Source of the DNA: Thermodesulfobacteriota bacterium
Lineage (GTDB): Bacteria > Desulfobacterota > Desulfobacteria > Desulfobacterales > SURF-7
Direction of reading: 5' to 3'
DNA length: 64,000 bases
NCBI GenBank assembly: GCA_049320885.1
Contig: JBMORA010000014.1
Location: 32,001-96,000 of the forward strand
Numbering within the stretch: position 1 is the stretch's first letter; each line of letters starts with the position of its first letter. This document shows, one piece after another, positions 38,019-48,700 of this stretch. A model generated the notes under the pieces. The model worked only from the letters and a program-made list of their open reading frames with translations, was not told the DNA's origin and searched no databases. The position numbers were made by a program, and so were the translations under genes.

Positions 38019-38594
38019 TTACGCATGAATTTTCTTGAGGATCCAGGCCATGTTCTTTCCCAGGTTCGCCATGGTCTGGATTCCTTCGGCGTCGTCCTTC
38101 ACGTCGCCGATTTCTCTTCCCCTGCCGATGTTCCAGTAATTTGAACCGGGAATAATCATCTGGGCAATCAGAAAGAAAAAATTCAGGGAGTCGAATGCAT
38201 GGGAGGCTCCGGCCCGCCGGACAGCCACGACGCCCGCCCCGATTTTCCGCTTGAACAAATCACCGTTCGCCCGGGAAACCATGCCGCACCTTTCGATCAG
38301 GGCTTTCATATTCGCCGACACGTCGGCGAAGTAGGTGGGCGATCCCAGGATGATCCCGTCGGCTTCGATCATTTTGTCGATGTAAGCGTTCATTTCATCT
38401 TTTTCCAGCTGGCAATGCCGGTTCTTTTTTTCAAAACATTTATAGCAGGCAATGCATCCCTGCAGGTTCTGCCCGGCCAGTTGGATCATTTCGGTCTCGA
38501 TTCCTTCGCTGTTCAGTTCATCGAGAACGGTCTGGATCAGAATCGATGTGTTTCCATTCTTCCGCGAGCTTCCGCAAAAGGCGACAACTTTCAT
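38019..38594 (-). CDS. Flavodoxin-family iron-sulfur flavoprotein (Isf-like)
   Basis: GSSRKNGNT, CIACYKC...C, LGSPTYF, RRAG. Confidence 0.92.
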   Translation of the reverse strand: MKVVAFCGSSRKNGNTSILIQTVLDELNSEGIETEMIQLAGQNLQGCIACYKCFEKKNRHCQLEKDEMNAYIDKMIEADGIILGSPTYFADVSANMKALIERCGMVSRANGDLFKRKIGAGVVAVRRAGASHAFDSLNFFFLIAQMIIPGSNYWNIGRGREIGDVKDDAEGIQTMANLGKNMAWILKKIHA

Positions 38595-38614
38595 GAATCC
38601 CACCTCCTTTTTTG

Positions 38615-38652
38615 AAAAAAAGAAGGGAACCCTTCCGCAGGATTCCCTTCTT
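38615..38652 (-). terminator. Intrinsic terminator after sat
   Basis: Minus strand AAGAAGGGAA..TTCCCTTCTT hairpin followed by a T run. Confidence 0.7.
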
Positions 38653-38685
38653 GGTGATGCTCTTCAAACAGCGACGGCCGGACGG

Positions 38686-39963
38686 TTATTTCTGTCCGGT
38701 GGCTGCCGAGTGGGTTTTGATTTCGACCTTTTCTTCCAGGCCGGCATAGTACTCGCGCAGAATGTCGAGAACTTCCTCGCGACCGAAATGATCGGCAATC
38801 GGAGTGCCTTCCGAAAGGCCCTTGCGCAGCATGGTGCCGGAGAGCAGAACGCGGTCTTCCTTGCCGTGGGGGCAGGTTCTGAGGGAAGCCATGCCGTCGC
38901 ATTTCTTGCAATAGAAGGTCCAGTCGATCTTCAGCGGGGTGCAGAGCAGTCTTTTCCCGGGATCGGAGGAAGTCGGAATCTTGTCGAAAATGGTCTGGGC
39001 TTCGAACATGCCGTAAAAATCACCGACACCGGCATGGTCGCGGCCGATGATCATGCGGGAGCAGCCGTAGTTCTGACGGAAAGTGGCGTGCAGCAGCGCT
39101 TCGCGCGGACCGGCATACCGCATATCCAGGGGATAACCGCCCTGAACCACGTTCTTTTCGATGAAGTATTTTTTTACCAGGACGTCGATGCATTTGACGC
39201 GGACTTCGGCGGGAATGTCACCCGGTTTCAGATTGCCGACCAGGGAGTGAATGAAGACGCCGTCGCAGACTTCCACGGCGATTTTGGCCAGATATTCATG
39301 GGAACGGTGCATGGGGTTGCGGAGCTGCAGGGCCGCGATTTCGCTCCAGCCTCTTTCCTCGAAGATCTTGCGGGATTCCGCCGGCCGCTGGTAAATACCG
39401 GCGTATTTGCTCGGGTATTCGGCTTCGGAAAGAACCTTGACCGTTCCGGCAAGGTTGATTTCTTTCTGTTCCATGACCATCTGGACGCCGGGGTGATCGT
39501 TCTTGGCGATTTTCCAGAATTCATCGGCGGTCTTGGTGCCTTCGCCCATGAAAATCTTTTCGCATTCGTATTTTTTGTCGGCGTCGCTCATGGCCCATTT
39601 TTCGGTGACTTTCATGGTGGCCATGAGTTCATTGGTCTTGCCGTCGACCAGGGCGATCTCTTCGCCTTCCTTGATGGCGTCGGCGTCGGCTTTGGTTACA
39701 TCCAGGGTCACCGGAACCGGCCAGAAGGTGCCGTCGGCCAGCTGGAATTTTTCGCAAACGCCTTTCCAGTCCGCTTTGGTCATGAAGCCGGTCAGGGGGC
39801 TGAAACCGCCGATGCCGATCATGATCAGGTCGCCTTTAACACGCGGGGAAATAGCGACTTTCTTCAGGCCCGCGGCTTTTTTCTTTTCCGCTTCCAATGC
39901 CGAGCCTTCCAGAAGGCAAATGGTTAATCCTTTTCCGCCATGCGGTGGTACTAATTTCGACAT
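38686..39963 (-). CDS. sat: Sulfate adenylyltransferase (ATP sulfurylase)
   Basis: [56 protein letters not shown]. Confidence 0.98.
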   Translation of the reverse strand: MSKLVPPHGGKGLTICLLEGSALEAEKKKAAGLKKVAISPRVKGDLIMIGIGGFSPLTGFMTKADWKGVCEKFQLADGTFWPVPVTLDVTKADADAIKEGEEIALVDGKTNELMATMKVTEKWAMSDADKKYECEKIFMGEGTKTADEFWKIAKNDHPGVQMVMEQKEINLAGTVKVLSEAEYPSKYAGIYQRPAESRKIFEERGWSEIAALQLRNPMHRSHEYLAKIAVEVCDGVFIHSLVGNLKPGDIPAEVRVKCIDVLVKKYFIEKNVVQGGYPLDMRYAGPREALLHATFRQNYGCSRMIIGRDHAGVGDFYGMFEAQTIFDKIPTSSDPGKRLLCTPLKIDWTFYCKKCDGMASLRTCPHGKEDRVLLSGTMLRKGLSEGTPIADHFGREEVLDILREYYAGLEEKVEIKTHSAATGQK

Positions 39964-40050
39964 AATGTTCATTCTCCTTTTCGATGGGTTATTCTCTCGA
40001 TGGGATATTTTCATACCATCATTTCGGTTTTGTTTGCAATTAAAGGGTGG

Positions 40051-40079
40051 AGATTAATAGGGATTTACATGTTTGTCAA
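40051..40079 (-). promoter_or_regulatory. sigma70 promoter of sat
   Basis: Minus strand TTGACA-N17-TAATCT. Confidence 0.55.
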
Positions 40080-40211
40080 GACTAATCGGCGGATCCTTGA
40101 AAATACTTGTCTTTCCGGTTATTTTCAGTTAGGGATATCCATAATGAACCGACCGGGCAGATGCTCTGCCGGGTTCGGAATGAATGGGGGAAATGGAACA
40201 CAGGGGGAAAA

Positions 40212-40436
40212 ATGAGCGATAGTGTCTATAAGATCATCGAATTGGTTGGAACCAGCAAGCATTCCTGGGAAGAGGCTGCCGCCAATGCGGTGGAGACGGC
40301 AAGCAAGACGTTGATCAACATGCGGATCGCCGAAGTGACCAAACTTGACATGAAAATCGAGGACGGAAAAGTGGCGGCTTACCGGGCGCGGATTACGTTG
40401 TCGATTAAATACGACCGGGATATCAACAAATGGTAG
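40212..40436 (+). CDS. Dodecin (flavin-binding) family protein
   Basis: SVYKIIELVGTS..SWEEAA..AV..A..TL...RIAEV. Confidence 0.92.
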   Translation: MSDSVYKIIELVGTSKHSWEEAAANAVETASKTLINMRIAEVTKLDMKIEDGKVAAYRARITLSIKYDRDINKW

Positions 40437-40500
40437 CGCCGGCAGGATCAACCGGGCATCGCTGACAAACCGTCGTTGACCAGCATTGACCCGAGAATTC

Positions 40501-40528
40501 GAAGCCCGGCGGCCATCCTCCGGGCTTC
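40501..40528 (+). terminator. Hairpin downstream of dodecin
   Basis: GAAGCCCGG / CCGGGCTTC 9-bp stem; weak U-tract. Confidence 0.4.
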
Positions 40529-40638
40529 CCTATTTCATCAATCGATTTCATAATTGATCCATCCGGATGCTGAACCCCCGGAAATCGACAGGTATCGCCT
40601 GCAACGACACGCGGTTACCGTAATAAGAGGATGGTTCC

Positions 40639-40956
40639 ATGATTGAAATTACCAAAAATGAGGATCATATCCTGGTAAAACCGGGCCGGGATTTGGTGGC
40701 GTCGATGGTCTCCGGCTTTTCAGAGCAGATTAAAACCCTGATGGCGGAATCGCCGAAGATGATCGTCATCGATCTGACCGGCGTCCGTATCGTCGATTCT
40801 CTGGGTATGGGTGTGTTGATCTCCACTCACAACCATTTGACCAAGGCCGGCAGCTCGCTGAAGGTGATCAATACGCCGCCGGACATCTATGAGGCCTTTG
40901 TCATTATGCGCCTGGATCATCATTTTACCATCGAGCCCCTTTCATGCCCGGATTGA
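40639..40956 (+). CDS. STAS domain protein (anti-sigma factor antagonist-like)
   Basis: IVIDLTGVRIVDSLGMGVLI. Confidence 0.9.
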   Translation: MIEITKNEDHILVKPGRDLVASMVSGFSEQIKTLMAESPKMIVIDLTGVRIVDSLGMGVLISTHNHLTKAGSSLKVINTPPDIYEAFVIMRLDHHFTIEPLSCPD

Positions 40957-40996
40957 CGTGCAACAGCGGGTGGCTGGGCCGCAAAGCCGGTGAATA

Positions 40997-42229
40997 ATGA
41001 TGACGAATAGGCAACAGGTGGAGCTGCTGGCCCCGGCAGGGGATTGGGAAAAGCTTGAAATCGCGGTTCATTACGGTGCCGATGCCGTTTACCTGGCCGA
41101 CAAGGAATTTTCCTTACGCAATTATTCTGGAAATTTCACTCCCGATGAATTGAAACAGGCCGTCCGATTTGCCCATCAACGGGGGGTGCGGGTCTATGTG
41201 GCCTGCAATATTTATCCACGGAATGACGAACAGAACCGGATACGCCGATATCTGGAAACATTGGGCGACATCCATCCGGATGCGGTGATTGTGGCTGATC
41301 CTGGCGTTATCTCGGCCGCCCTTGAGATCATTCCCCATATTCCGCTCCATCTCAGCACCCAGGCCAATACGACCAGTTCCGAAACGGTTCGTTTCTGGAG
41401 TAAATTGGGAATTCAAAGAGTAAATGCCGCTCGGGAACTTTCCCTGGAGGAAATCAGACAAATCGTCGGGGAGACCGATCTGGAGATGGAAGCCTTCGTC
41501 CACGGCGCCATGTGCATCTCCTATTCCGGCCGATGCCTGCTCAGCACTTTTTTAACAAGCCGCGACAGCAATCGCGGTATGTGCAGTCAACCCTGCCGAT
41601 GGAACTATTTCGTAATGGAGGAAACCCGGCCCGGTCAATATATGCCGATTGCGGAAGACGAGCGGGGAACCTACCTTTTCAATTCCAGGGATTTGTGCAT
41701 GATCGAGCATCTTCCGGAGATGATCGCGGCAGGTATCCAGGCATTGAAAATTGAAGGCAGGATGAAGGGCATCCATTATCTGGCCACGGTCGTGAACGTC
41801 TATCGACAGGCCCTGGATGCTTATTACTCCAAAGGTGACAGGTATTGTGTCGACCCCCGGTGGCGGGATGAATTGAATACCGTCAGCAATCGTGAGTATT
41901 GCACCGGATTTTATTTCAAGGACCCCCGGCAGATCCTGCCGAATGCGACCAACCGGCTGGCGGACTCCGGCCATCGTTTTGTCGCCAAGGTCATCGGCCA
42001 ATCGGGCTCCGGCTTGATGGATATCGAAGTACGCAACAAATTGTATCAGAATGATTCTGTCGCCATCATCCGCAAAGGAAAGCCGGCCCAGCAGGATCGG
42101 GTCAGGAGAATCATTGATTCTCAAAACCGGATCGTCGGATTTGCCCAGCCCGGCAGCCGGGTTTCGGTGGCGATGGACGCAACATATCAGGCCATGGATC
42201 TGATTCGTCGAATCGAGGGCGAAGGCTGA
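40997..42229 (+). CDS. U32 peptidase family protein (TrhP/YegQ-like tRNA hydroxylation)
   Basis: ELLAPAG, GADAVY, HLSTQAN, HGAMCISYSGRCLLS, CSQPCRW, LKIEGRMK. Confidence 0.93.
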   Translation: MMTNRQQVELLAPAGDWEKLEIAVHYGADAVYLADKEFSLRNYSGNFTPDELKQAVRFAHQRGVRVYVACNIYPRNDEQNRIRRYLETLGDIHPDAVIVADPGVISAALEIIPHIPLHLSTQANTTSSETVRFWSKLGIQRVNAARELSLEEIRQIVGETDLEMEAFVHGAMCISYSGRCLLSTFLTSRDSNRGMCSQPCRWNYFVMEETRPGQYMPIAEDERGTYLFNSRDLCMIEHLPEMIAAGIQALKIEGRMKGIHYLATVVNVYRQALDAYYSKGDRYCVDPRWRDELNTVSNREYCTGFYFKDPRQILPNATNRLADSGHRFVAKVIGQSGSGLMDIEVRNKLYQNDSVAIIRKGKPAQQDRVRRIIDSQNRIVGFAQPGSRVSVAMDATYQAMDLIRRIEGEG

Positions 42230-42317
42230 AAGCGATCGGGCACTATTATCAACAAGGGGGGGGCGGCCCGCGCAGGTATTGAAAAATAGCTACCCCTGGA
42301 ACCAATGGATCAATACA

Positions 42318-42869
42318 ATGGAAAGGATGGAGAAAATTATTTTTGTCGTGGGTGGATGCAGAAGCGGAAAAAGCGGCCACGCCTTGACCCTTGCGGAACA
42401 ATACGGGAGTAATCGGGTGTTTTTAGCCACCTGCATACCGGCCGATGAGGAGATGCGGGACAGGGTCGCGGCCCACCGGCGCGACCGTGGCACGGGATGG
42501 GAAACGATTGAATCGCCCTATGATCTGGCAGAAGCAGTCAGGGAGCACAGCCGGAAGGCGGATGTCCTGTTGGTCGATTGTCTGACGCTGTGGGTCAGCA
42601 ATCGAATGCTGGAGACGGAAAGCCTGGGTGATATGACTTCCGCGTGCGAGGACTTGATCCAATCATTGGCAGAGGCTGCCTGCCCGGTCCTCCTGGTATC
42701 CAACGAAGTGGGCAGCGGTATTGTGCCTGATAATAAGCTGGCGAGAGATTTCAGGGATCAGGTTGGCTGGGTCAATCAGAAAATCGCGACGGCGGCGGAT
42801 CGGGTCATCTGGATGGTTGCCGGTATACCGGTAACCGTCAAGGCTGGAAAGGAAATCTGCCGCAGATGA
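42318..42869 (+). CDS. cobU: Adenosylcobinamide kinase / cobinamide-phosphate guanylyltransferase
   Basis: GGCRSGKS, RVAAHR..R, VDCLTLW, VSNEVGSGIVP, FRD..G..NQ. Confidence 0.95.
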   Translation: MERMEKIIFVVGGCRSGKSGHALTLAEQYGSNRVFLATCIPADEEMRDRVAAHRRDRGTGWETIESPYDLAEAVREHSRKADVLLVDCLTLWVSNRMLETESLGDMTSACEDLIQSLAEAACPVLLVSNEVGSGIVPDNKLARDFRDQVGWVNQKIATAADRVIWMVAGIPVTVKAGKEICRR

Positions 42870-43588
42870 AATACCTGGCCGCAACATTACGGTTTTTAAC
42901 GATTTTGCCCATCGGGAAGGATGCAACTTTTGAACCGGAACGGATGATTCCGTTTTTTCCCATGGCCGGTCTATTGATCGGATTTCTATTGGCGTGCTTT
43001 GATGCGGTGGTTGGTCTTTTCTGGTCTGCTCCCATCCGATCCGTGGTGGACGGCATCTTGCTGATTGTTCTCAGCGGAGGATTGCATTTGGATGGCCTGG
43101 GAGACACCTTTGACGGGTTGTATGGGCACCGGCCGAAAGAAAGAGCCCTGGCGATAATGAAAGACAGCCATATCGGCGCCATGGGGGTTGTGGCGATCGT
43201 GGCCTGCCTGGGAGCCAAATGGGCCGGTTTGAGCGGGATTGACTCCGTGCGGAGTCTTTGTCTTGCGGTTGTTCCGGCTTTTGCCCGCGCCGGTATGTTG
43301 TTCGGCTTTCTCCTTCTGCCGTATTGCCGGGAGGAAGGCGGCACCGGTCAACCGTTTTTTCAAAGATCACTGAATGCAACCGGGTTCTGGGGCTTCATCC
43401 CGCTTGCAGTTCTATCGTTGATGCTCGGCTGGAAGGCTCTATGGCTGGCCGCCGGTTTCATCGTGGTAACGGCAATCCTGTTGGGCTGGTATCATCAACG
43501 CATGGGTTGCATCACCGGCGACATGTTGGGGGCCATGGTGGAAATCACCGAGGCCGCTCTGTTTCTGCTGCTCGCCGCGACGATCTAA
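42866..43588 (+). CDS. cobS: Cobalamin (5'-phosphate) synthase
   Basis: FLTILP, GGLHLDGLGDTFDG, IMKDSHIGAMG, GCITGDMLGA..E. Confidence 0.95.
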   Translation: MKYLAATLRFLTILPIGKDATFEPERMIPFFPMAGLLIGFLLACFDAVVGLFWSAPIRSVVDGILLIVLSGGLHLDGLGDTFDGLYGHRPKERALAIMKDSHIGAMGVVAIVACLGAKWAGLSGIDSVRSLCLAVVPAFARAGMLFGFLLLPYCREEGGTGQPFFQRSLNATGFWGFIPLAVLSLMLGWKALWLAAGFIVVTAILLGWYHQRMGCITGDMLGAMVEITEAALFLLLAATI

Positions 43589-43623
43589 CGATGTGTTGAT
43601 TCTGTTGATAAGGAGAAAAACTA

Positions 43624-44697
43624 ATGATTCAAGGACACGGCGGCAATGTATACGCCCTGGCCAAGCGGCTCAACTGTCCGGTCAATGAAATCGTGGATCT
43701 CAGCAGCAATTTGAATCCCCTGGGGCCGCCTCCCGGGCTGTACGAATACTTGATCCGGAGAATCGAAGTGATCACCTCGCTGCCGGAAGTGGATGCCTTC
43801 CAAATCCGTTCCGAACTTGGCGAACACCTGGGTGTTGATCCCCGGCGCCTGCTGGCGGCCAGCGGAACAACCCAGTTTATCTATGCCCTTCCCGGTGTTC
43901 TGGGGATTCGCAGCGCCCTGATTCTTGGACCGACATATGCCGATTATATGGACGCCTGCAGCATGAACGGATGCCGGCATGATTTGGTGCTGGCCGCCGC
44001 GGAAAATGAGTTTGAGCAGGACATGGAACGAATTGCGGGCATGGCGATGAACTACGAGGCCGTATTTATCTGCAATCCGAACAATCCCACCGGCGGCCAT
44101 ATCCCCGGCGAGATGTTGTCGTCTCTTTGTCGCGCCTGTCCGGAAACGGTGTTTGTCATCGACGAATCGTACTTGCCGTTCCACCCCGGGGGGAAAAGCG
44201 AAAGCCTGATCCCCATCAACCTGCCAAATGCGGTGATACTGCATTCCTTGTCAAAAATATACAAAATCCCGGGCCTGAGGATTGGATTTTTGATTGCGGA
44301 GCCAGGAATGATCGAGAAATTTCAGCCGCACCTCTTGCCATGGAGTGTGAACAGCCTGGCATGTGCCGCCGTCGATTATCTTACAGCCGAGCCGGAGGAG
44401 ACCGAAACATTTGTCCGGAAGTCGATCCGATATATCCAAGAGGAAAAAGAATGGATTGTGGAAAGCCTGAAACATGTCGCTCATATTCGGCTTTTTCCCG
44501 GAAAAGGACCTTTCATGTTGGCTCGGCTTGCTCCGGGTTTGACGGCCGAGGATGCCTGCCAGACAATGGCCGAGCACAAAATTCTTATTCGCAATTGTTC
44601 TAATTTTCATGGTCTTACAGAACGCGATATCCGGTTTTCATTTAAAAACCGCGATATTCATGAGCTGCTGGTGCAAGCACTGGCCGCATTGGGTTGA
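43624..44697 (+). CDS. cobD: Threonine-phosphate decarboxylase (PLP-dependent)
   Basis: HGGN, DLSSNLNPLG, CNPNNPTG, DESY, SLSKIYKIPGLRIG; lies within a cob cluster. Confidence 0.88.
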   Translation: MIQGHGGNVYALAKRLNCPVNEIVDLSSNLNPLGPPPGLYEYLIRRIEVITSLPEVDAFQIRSELGEHLGVDPRRLLAASGTTQFIYALPGVLGIRSALILGPTYADYMDACSMNGCRHDLVLAAAENEFEQDMERIAGMAMNYEAVFICNPNNPTGGHIPGEMLSSLCRACPETVFVIDESYLPFHPGGKSESLIPINLPNAVILHSLSKIYKIPGLRIGFLIAEPGMIEKFQPHLLPWSVNSLACAAVDYLTAEPEETETFVRKSIRYIQEEKEWIVESLKHVAHIRLFPGKGPFMLARLAPGLTAEDACQTMAEHKILIRNCSNFHGLTERDIRFSFKNRDIHELLVQALAALG

Positions 44698-44712
44698 AGA
44701 GGGCTTGACGCC

Positions 44713-45525
44713 ATGGAACAACCCCCTGATAGACCGGCCCTGCCCAAATCGTATAAACGGAAATTCCCATTCCGTCTCTGCGCACCTTCCTTTATTTACC
44801 CGGATGATTATACCGTCAATGTGGAATTGCTGGGCCCATACCTGGATGAAATCGAGTTGCTTTTTTTCGAAAGCGACAGGGAGAACAGCCTGCCGTCTTC
44901 AGCGGTGATTCGTGATTTGCGGGCGCTTTCCGAGCGGTATGATATTTCCTATAACATCCATCTGCCCATCGATATTGATCCTGGATCGCCGGTCCCGGAA
45001 ATTCGGGACCAAGCCGTTAGATGCATTCGTTATATATGCGAATTAACCCGTCCACTTTCAGCGTCCAGCTACACGGTGCATTTGCCGGCTGAGCATGCGA
45101 CCGATCTCCCGGTCTGGCGAGAAAATGTTGCCGGCAGCATGGAGCAGCTCATTCATCGGGAGTTTCCCGGACGGATATTTTCAGTGGAGACGCTCCATTA
45201 TCCCCTGGAATGGATCGAACCGGTCATCCAGCGGCTGGATTTGTCCGTATGCCTCGATATCGGGCATCTGATGGCCGATGGTCTGCTCGTCGCAAGTGTT
45301 TTCAAACAATATGCCGAAAGGATTGCCGTGGTGCATCTTCACGGTGTTGACGGCCCCAGGGACCATGTGGGGCTGGGAAGTCTGCCCCGGGAAACCCTTA
45401 TCGCCGTCATCGAAATGCTGGAACGGTTTTCGGGTACTGTATCCATAGAAGTGTTTTCCTATCACCACCTGAGAGACTCGCTCCGGATACTGGAAGACCT
45501 CTGGTTTGCTAAAAATCCGGTTTGA
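44713..45525 (+). CDS. cbiR: AP-endonuclease-2/TIM-barrel protein, probable cobamide-remodelling phosphodiesterase
   Basis: PFRL..PSFIYP, DEIELLFFES, YNIHLP.D, CLDIGH, HLHG....RDH, EVF; directly after cobU-cobS-cobD. Confidence 0.72.
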   Translation: MEQPPDRPALPKSYKRKFPFRLCAPSFIYPDDYTVNVELLGPYLDEIELLFFESDRENSLPSSAVIRDLRALSERYDISYNIHLPIDIDPGSPVPEIRDQAVRCIRYICELTRPLSASSYTVHLPAEHATDLPVWRENVAGSMEQLIHREFPGRIFSVETLHYPLEWIEPVIQRLDLSVCLDIGHLMADGLLVASVFKQYAERIAVVHLHGVDGPRDHVGLGSLPRETLIAVIEMLERFSGTVSIEVFSYHHLRDSLRILEDLWFAKNPV

Positions 45526-45529
45526 ATGA

Positions 45530-45558
45530 TTGACTTGGGGTATATTTTTCGATATATT
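45530..45558 (+). promoter_or_regulatory. sigma70 promoter candidate for the che operon
   Basis: TTGACT-N17-TATATT. Confidence 0.5.
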
Positions 45559-45752
45559 TCGTTATATTATCGCAATATTGGAATTGCTGGCCGGCATTGT
45601 CGGCGGAAATACAGTTAATCTGACAAGATAACTCGAAAAGCGACCTGCGACCGAAATCAGATGCATACCGGTTCGGGTGAGGATCGTATCAATCGTCAAC
45701 AAATCCACCAGTCTCAGTCGCTCTTTTTATTGGACCAGCAGGGAGGATCGGA

Positions 45753-48700
45753 ATGATTTTTGAGGACGACGAAACCTTGAGAATGTATGTGGAGGAATCG
45801 AAGGATCATCTTGTTGATATTGAAAATGATCTGCTGGCGATCGAGGAGACCGGTGAGGACATTGATGAAGATCTGGTGAACAATGTTTTCCGTGCCGCTC
45901 ATTCCATCAAAGGCGGCGCTGGATTCATGGGGCTTTCGAAAATAAAAGAGCTGGCCCATAAAATAGAAAATGTTCTCGGGATGGTGAGAAGTCGTGAGAT
46001 CGTACCCACGCCCGATATCATCAGCACGCTTCTGAGAGCCTTTGATACCCTTCGGGAAATGATTTTCAACGTGGAAACCAGCAATGACATGGATATCAAC
46101 GGCCATGTGACGGAACTCGTTGCCCTGACAACGGCCTCACTGCCCGATGATGAAAAAGAAAGCATATCCCTGATGGTCGATGTGGCGTTGCCCGGGGGGC
46201 GCAAGGTTCTCCAAGCACCCAAATTTGATATCGATCATGCGCGCAGGGAGGGCCGGTTCATTTATCTTGTCGAGTACGACCTGATTCATGATATTCAGCG
46301 GAAACGCAAGACCCCCCTTGATGTTATTTCCTATCTGCTCAACAGCGGGACCATTATCCAGTCGAAAATCGATATCGATGCTGTCGGAACCCTGGATGCG
46401 GACGTGCCCTCCGGTATTCCCTTTTATGTTCTGTTTGCTTCCATCATCGAGCCGGAAATCATTCCTTCCTTGTTCGATGTTGATGAACAATTCGTTCACC
46501 AGGTCACGGACGATATGTGCTCTCCGGTTGGAGCTGAATCCACCGGAAGGAGTAAACCCGTTGAAATGGAAACGAGACCGGAAAAGAAGAAAGCGGCCTC
46601 TCCCCTTCCAGTTGCGACAGCCGCTCCCCAGGGAAACGATGGATTCTCGGCGGAGGAGGGAAGCGGAAAAATGGATTCGGAAATGCCCGAAGATGAGGAG
46701 GTTGGAGAAAAACAGGACGGAAAGCCGGTCGCTGCCGGTGATGTTCAGGATGTGTTTGCGGAAAAAAACGGTGCGGCAAAAAATGCCGTGAGTCAGGCAT
46801 CCCTCCGGGTAAATGTCGGACTGCTGGATTTGCTGATGACATTGGCGGGCGAACTGGTATTAAGCCGCAACCAGTTAATGCAGGCGGTGTCCACGAACAA
46901 TATGCGTACCCTGGAAACCGCGGGCCAGCGAATCGACATGGTGACTTCCGAATTGCAGGAAGCCATCATGAGAACCCGAATGCAATCCATTGCCAATGTG
47001 TTCAATAAATTCCCCCGGGTTGTCCGGGATCTTGCCAAGGAACTCGGCAAAGAGGTGGATCTGGTCATTGAAGGGAAAAATGTCGAGCTTGACAAGACCA
47101 TCATCGAGGCGATCAGCGATCCATTGACGCATCTGGTCCGCAACGCGGTGGACCATGGAATTGAGACTCCTGAAATCCGGCGCGGACTTGGAAAACATGC
47201 CATCGGCAGGGTGAAATTGAGCGCCTATCATGAAGCCGGCCAGGTGAACATCGAAATCTCTGACGACGGCAAAGGCCTGGATGGAGACAAACTGGTTTCC
47301 TCGGCCATCAAGAGGGGCTTGTTGAGCGAGCAGCATGCGGCATTGATGTCGGAAAAGGAGAAGATCGGCCTGATTTTTCTGCCCGGTTTTTCCACGGCAC
47401 AAAAAGTCACGGATGTCTCCGGTCGGGGCGTCGGGATGGATGTCGTTAAAACCAATTTAGACAAGCTGGGCGGTATCGTTGATATTGAATCCAAGATCGG
47501 CGAAGGAACCGTCATCCGTATCAAACTGCCCCTGACCCTGGCGATCATCCCCAGCCAGATCATTGATGTCGGCAATGAACGGTACGCCATCCCCCAGGTA
47601 AATCTTAACGAGCTGTTGAGAATACCGGCGGCTCAGGTAAAAAACCGAATTGAAAAAGTCGGTGATGCGAACGTGGTTCGACTGCGAGGGAATCTGCTGC
47701 CGCTTCTGAACCTCTCGCAGGTCCTTAAAATCAGAAAGACATTTCATGATCCCATGGATGGAAGGCTCCTGCCGGAAAGAAGAGACAATATCGCCGATAG
47801 GAGGTCGCGGAGAAATCCCCTGTTTTCATCGGACGAAATGCAGGGAGAGTCGGAGCGTTTATCCTCCGCGGAGGTGGATGCAAATGAAATCACACCCAGA
47901 TCCGAGCAGGAAAGAAGAATAAGCATAAGAAGCGCCATCAATATAGCCGTTGTGTCTGCGGGTGCTTTCAAATACGGCTTGGTGGTGGATCAGCTACGGG
48001 ATTCGGAAGAAATCGTCGTCAAACCATTGGGGAGACATCTGAAGGGATGTTCCGGTTATGCCGGTGCCACCATCATGGGGGATGGTAAGGTGGCCCTGAT
48101 TCTGGATGTGGCGGGGTTGGCGCAAATGGCACAATTGACGTCACTCGAGGGCACCAACCGGGTCAGTGAGGCCGCTTTGGACGCTGCCAAGCAGAAAAAG
48201 GCCGAAAAGGACAAAGTATCCTTGTTGCTTTTCCGTAATGCGGAGAAAGAGCAGTGCGCGGTCCCGCTGGGACTGGTGGAAAGAATCGAGAGAATCAAGG
48301 TGGCGAATATTGAAGTCGTCGGGGGAAAAAAGGTGATCCAATATCGCGGCGGATCGCTTCCACTGTTTTCCATTGATCAGGTCGCAAAGGTGAAACCTTT
48401 GCCGGACTTTGATCAGTTGGAAGTGGTGGTATTCCGGCTTGCCGGAAGAGAGGTCGGTCTGATGGTGACACCGCCCGTGGATGCGGTGGATGTTGTCGTG
48501 ACCATCGATACCATCACCCTGCGACAGACGGGGATCATGGGATCGGCGATCATCGGCGAATATACAACCCTGATCATTGATATGTATGAGATCGTTCGAA
48601 CCGTCAATCCGGAGTGGTTCGATGATGCCGATGCGTCGGCTTCGCCGCAGGGCGGCAGCACCATTCTTTTTGCAGAGGATTCAGCTTTTTTTCGAAATCA

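Noticed and set aside
38452..39927. 491-aa plus-strand ORF
   Set aside because: Antisense shadow of sat; no motifs; expected from biased codon usage
39999..40016. Possible Rex operator upstream of sat
   Set aside because: Only the right half (TTCATAC) resembles TTGTGAA-N4-TTCACAA
42230..42317. Cobalamin riboswitch before cobU; G8 tract
   Set aside because: The interval is too short and lacks B12-box motifs; the G run is short and intergenic
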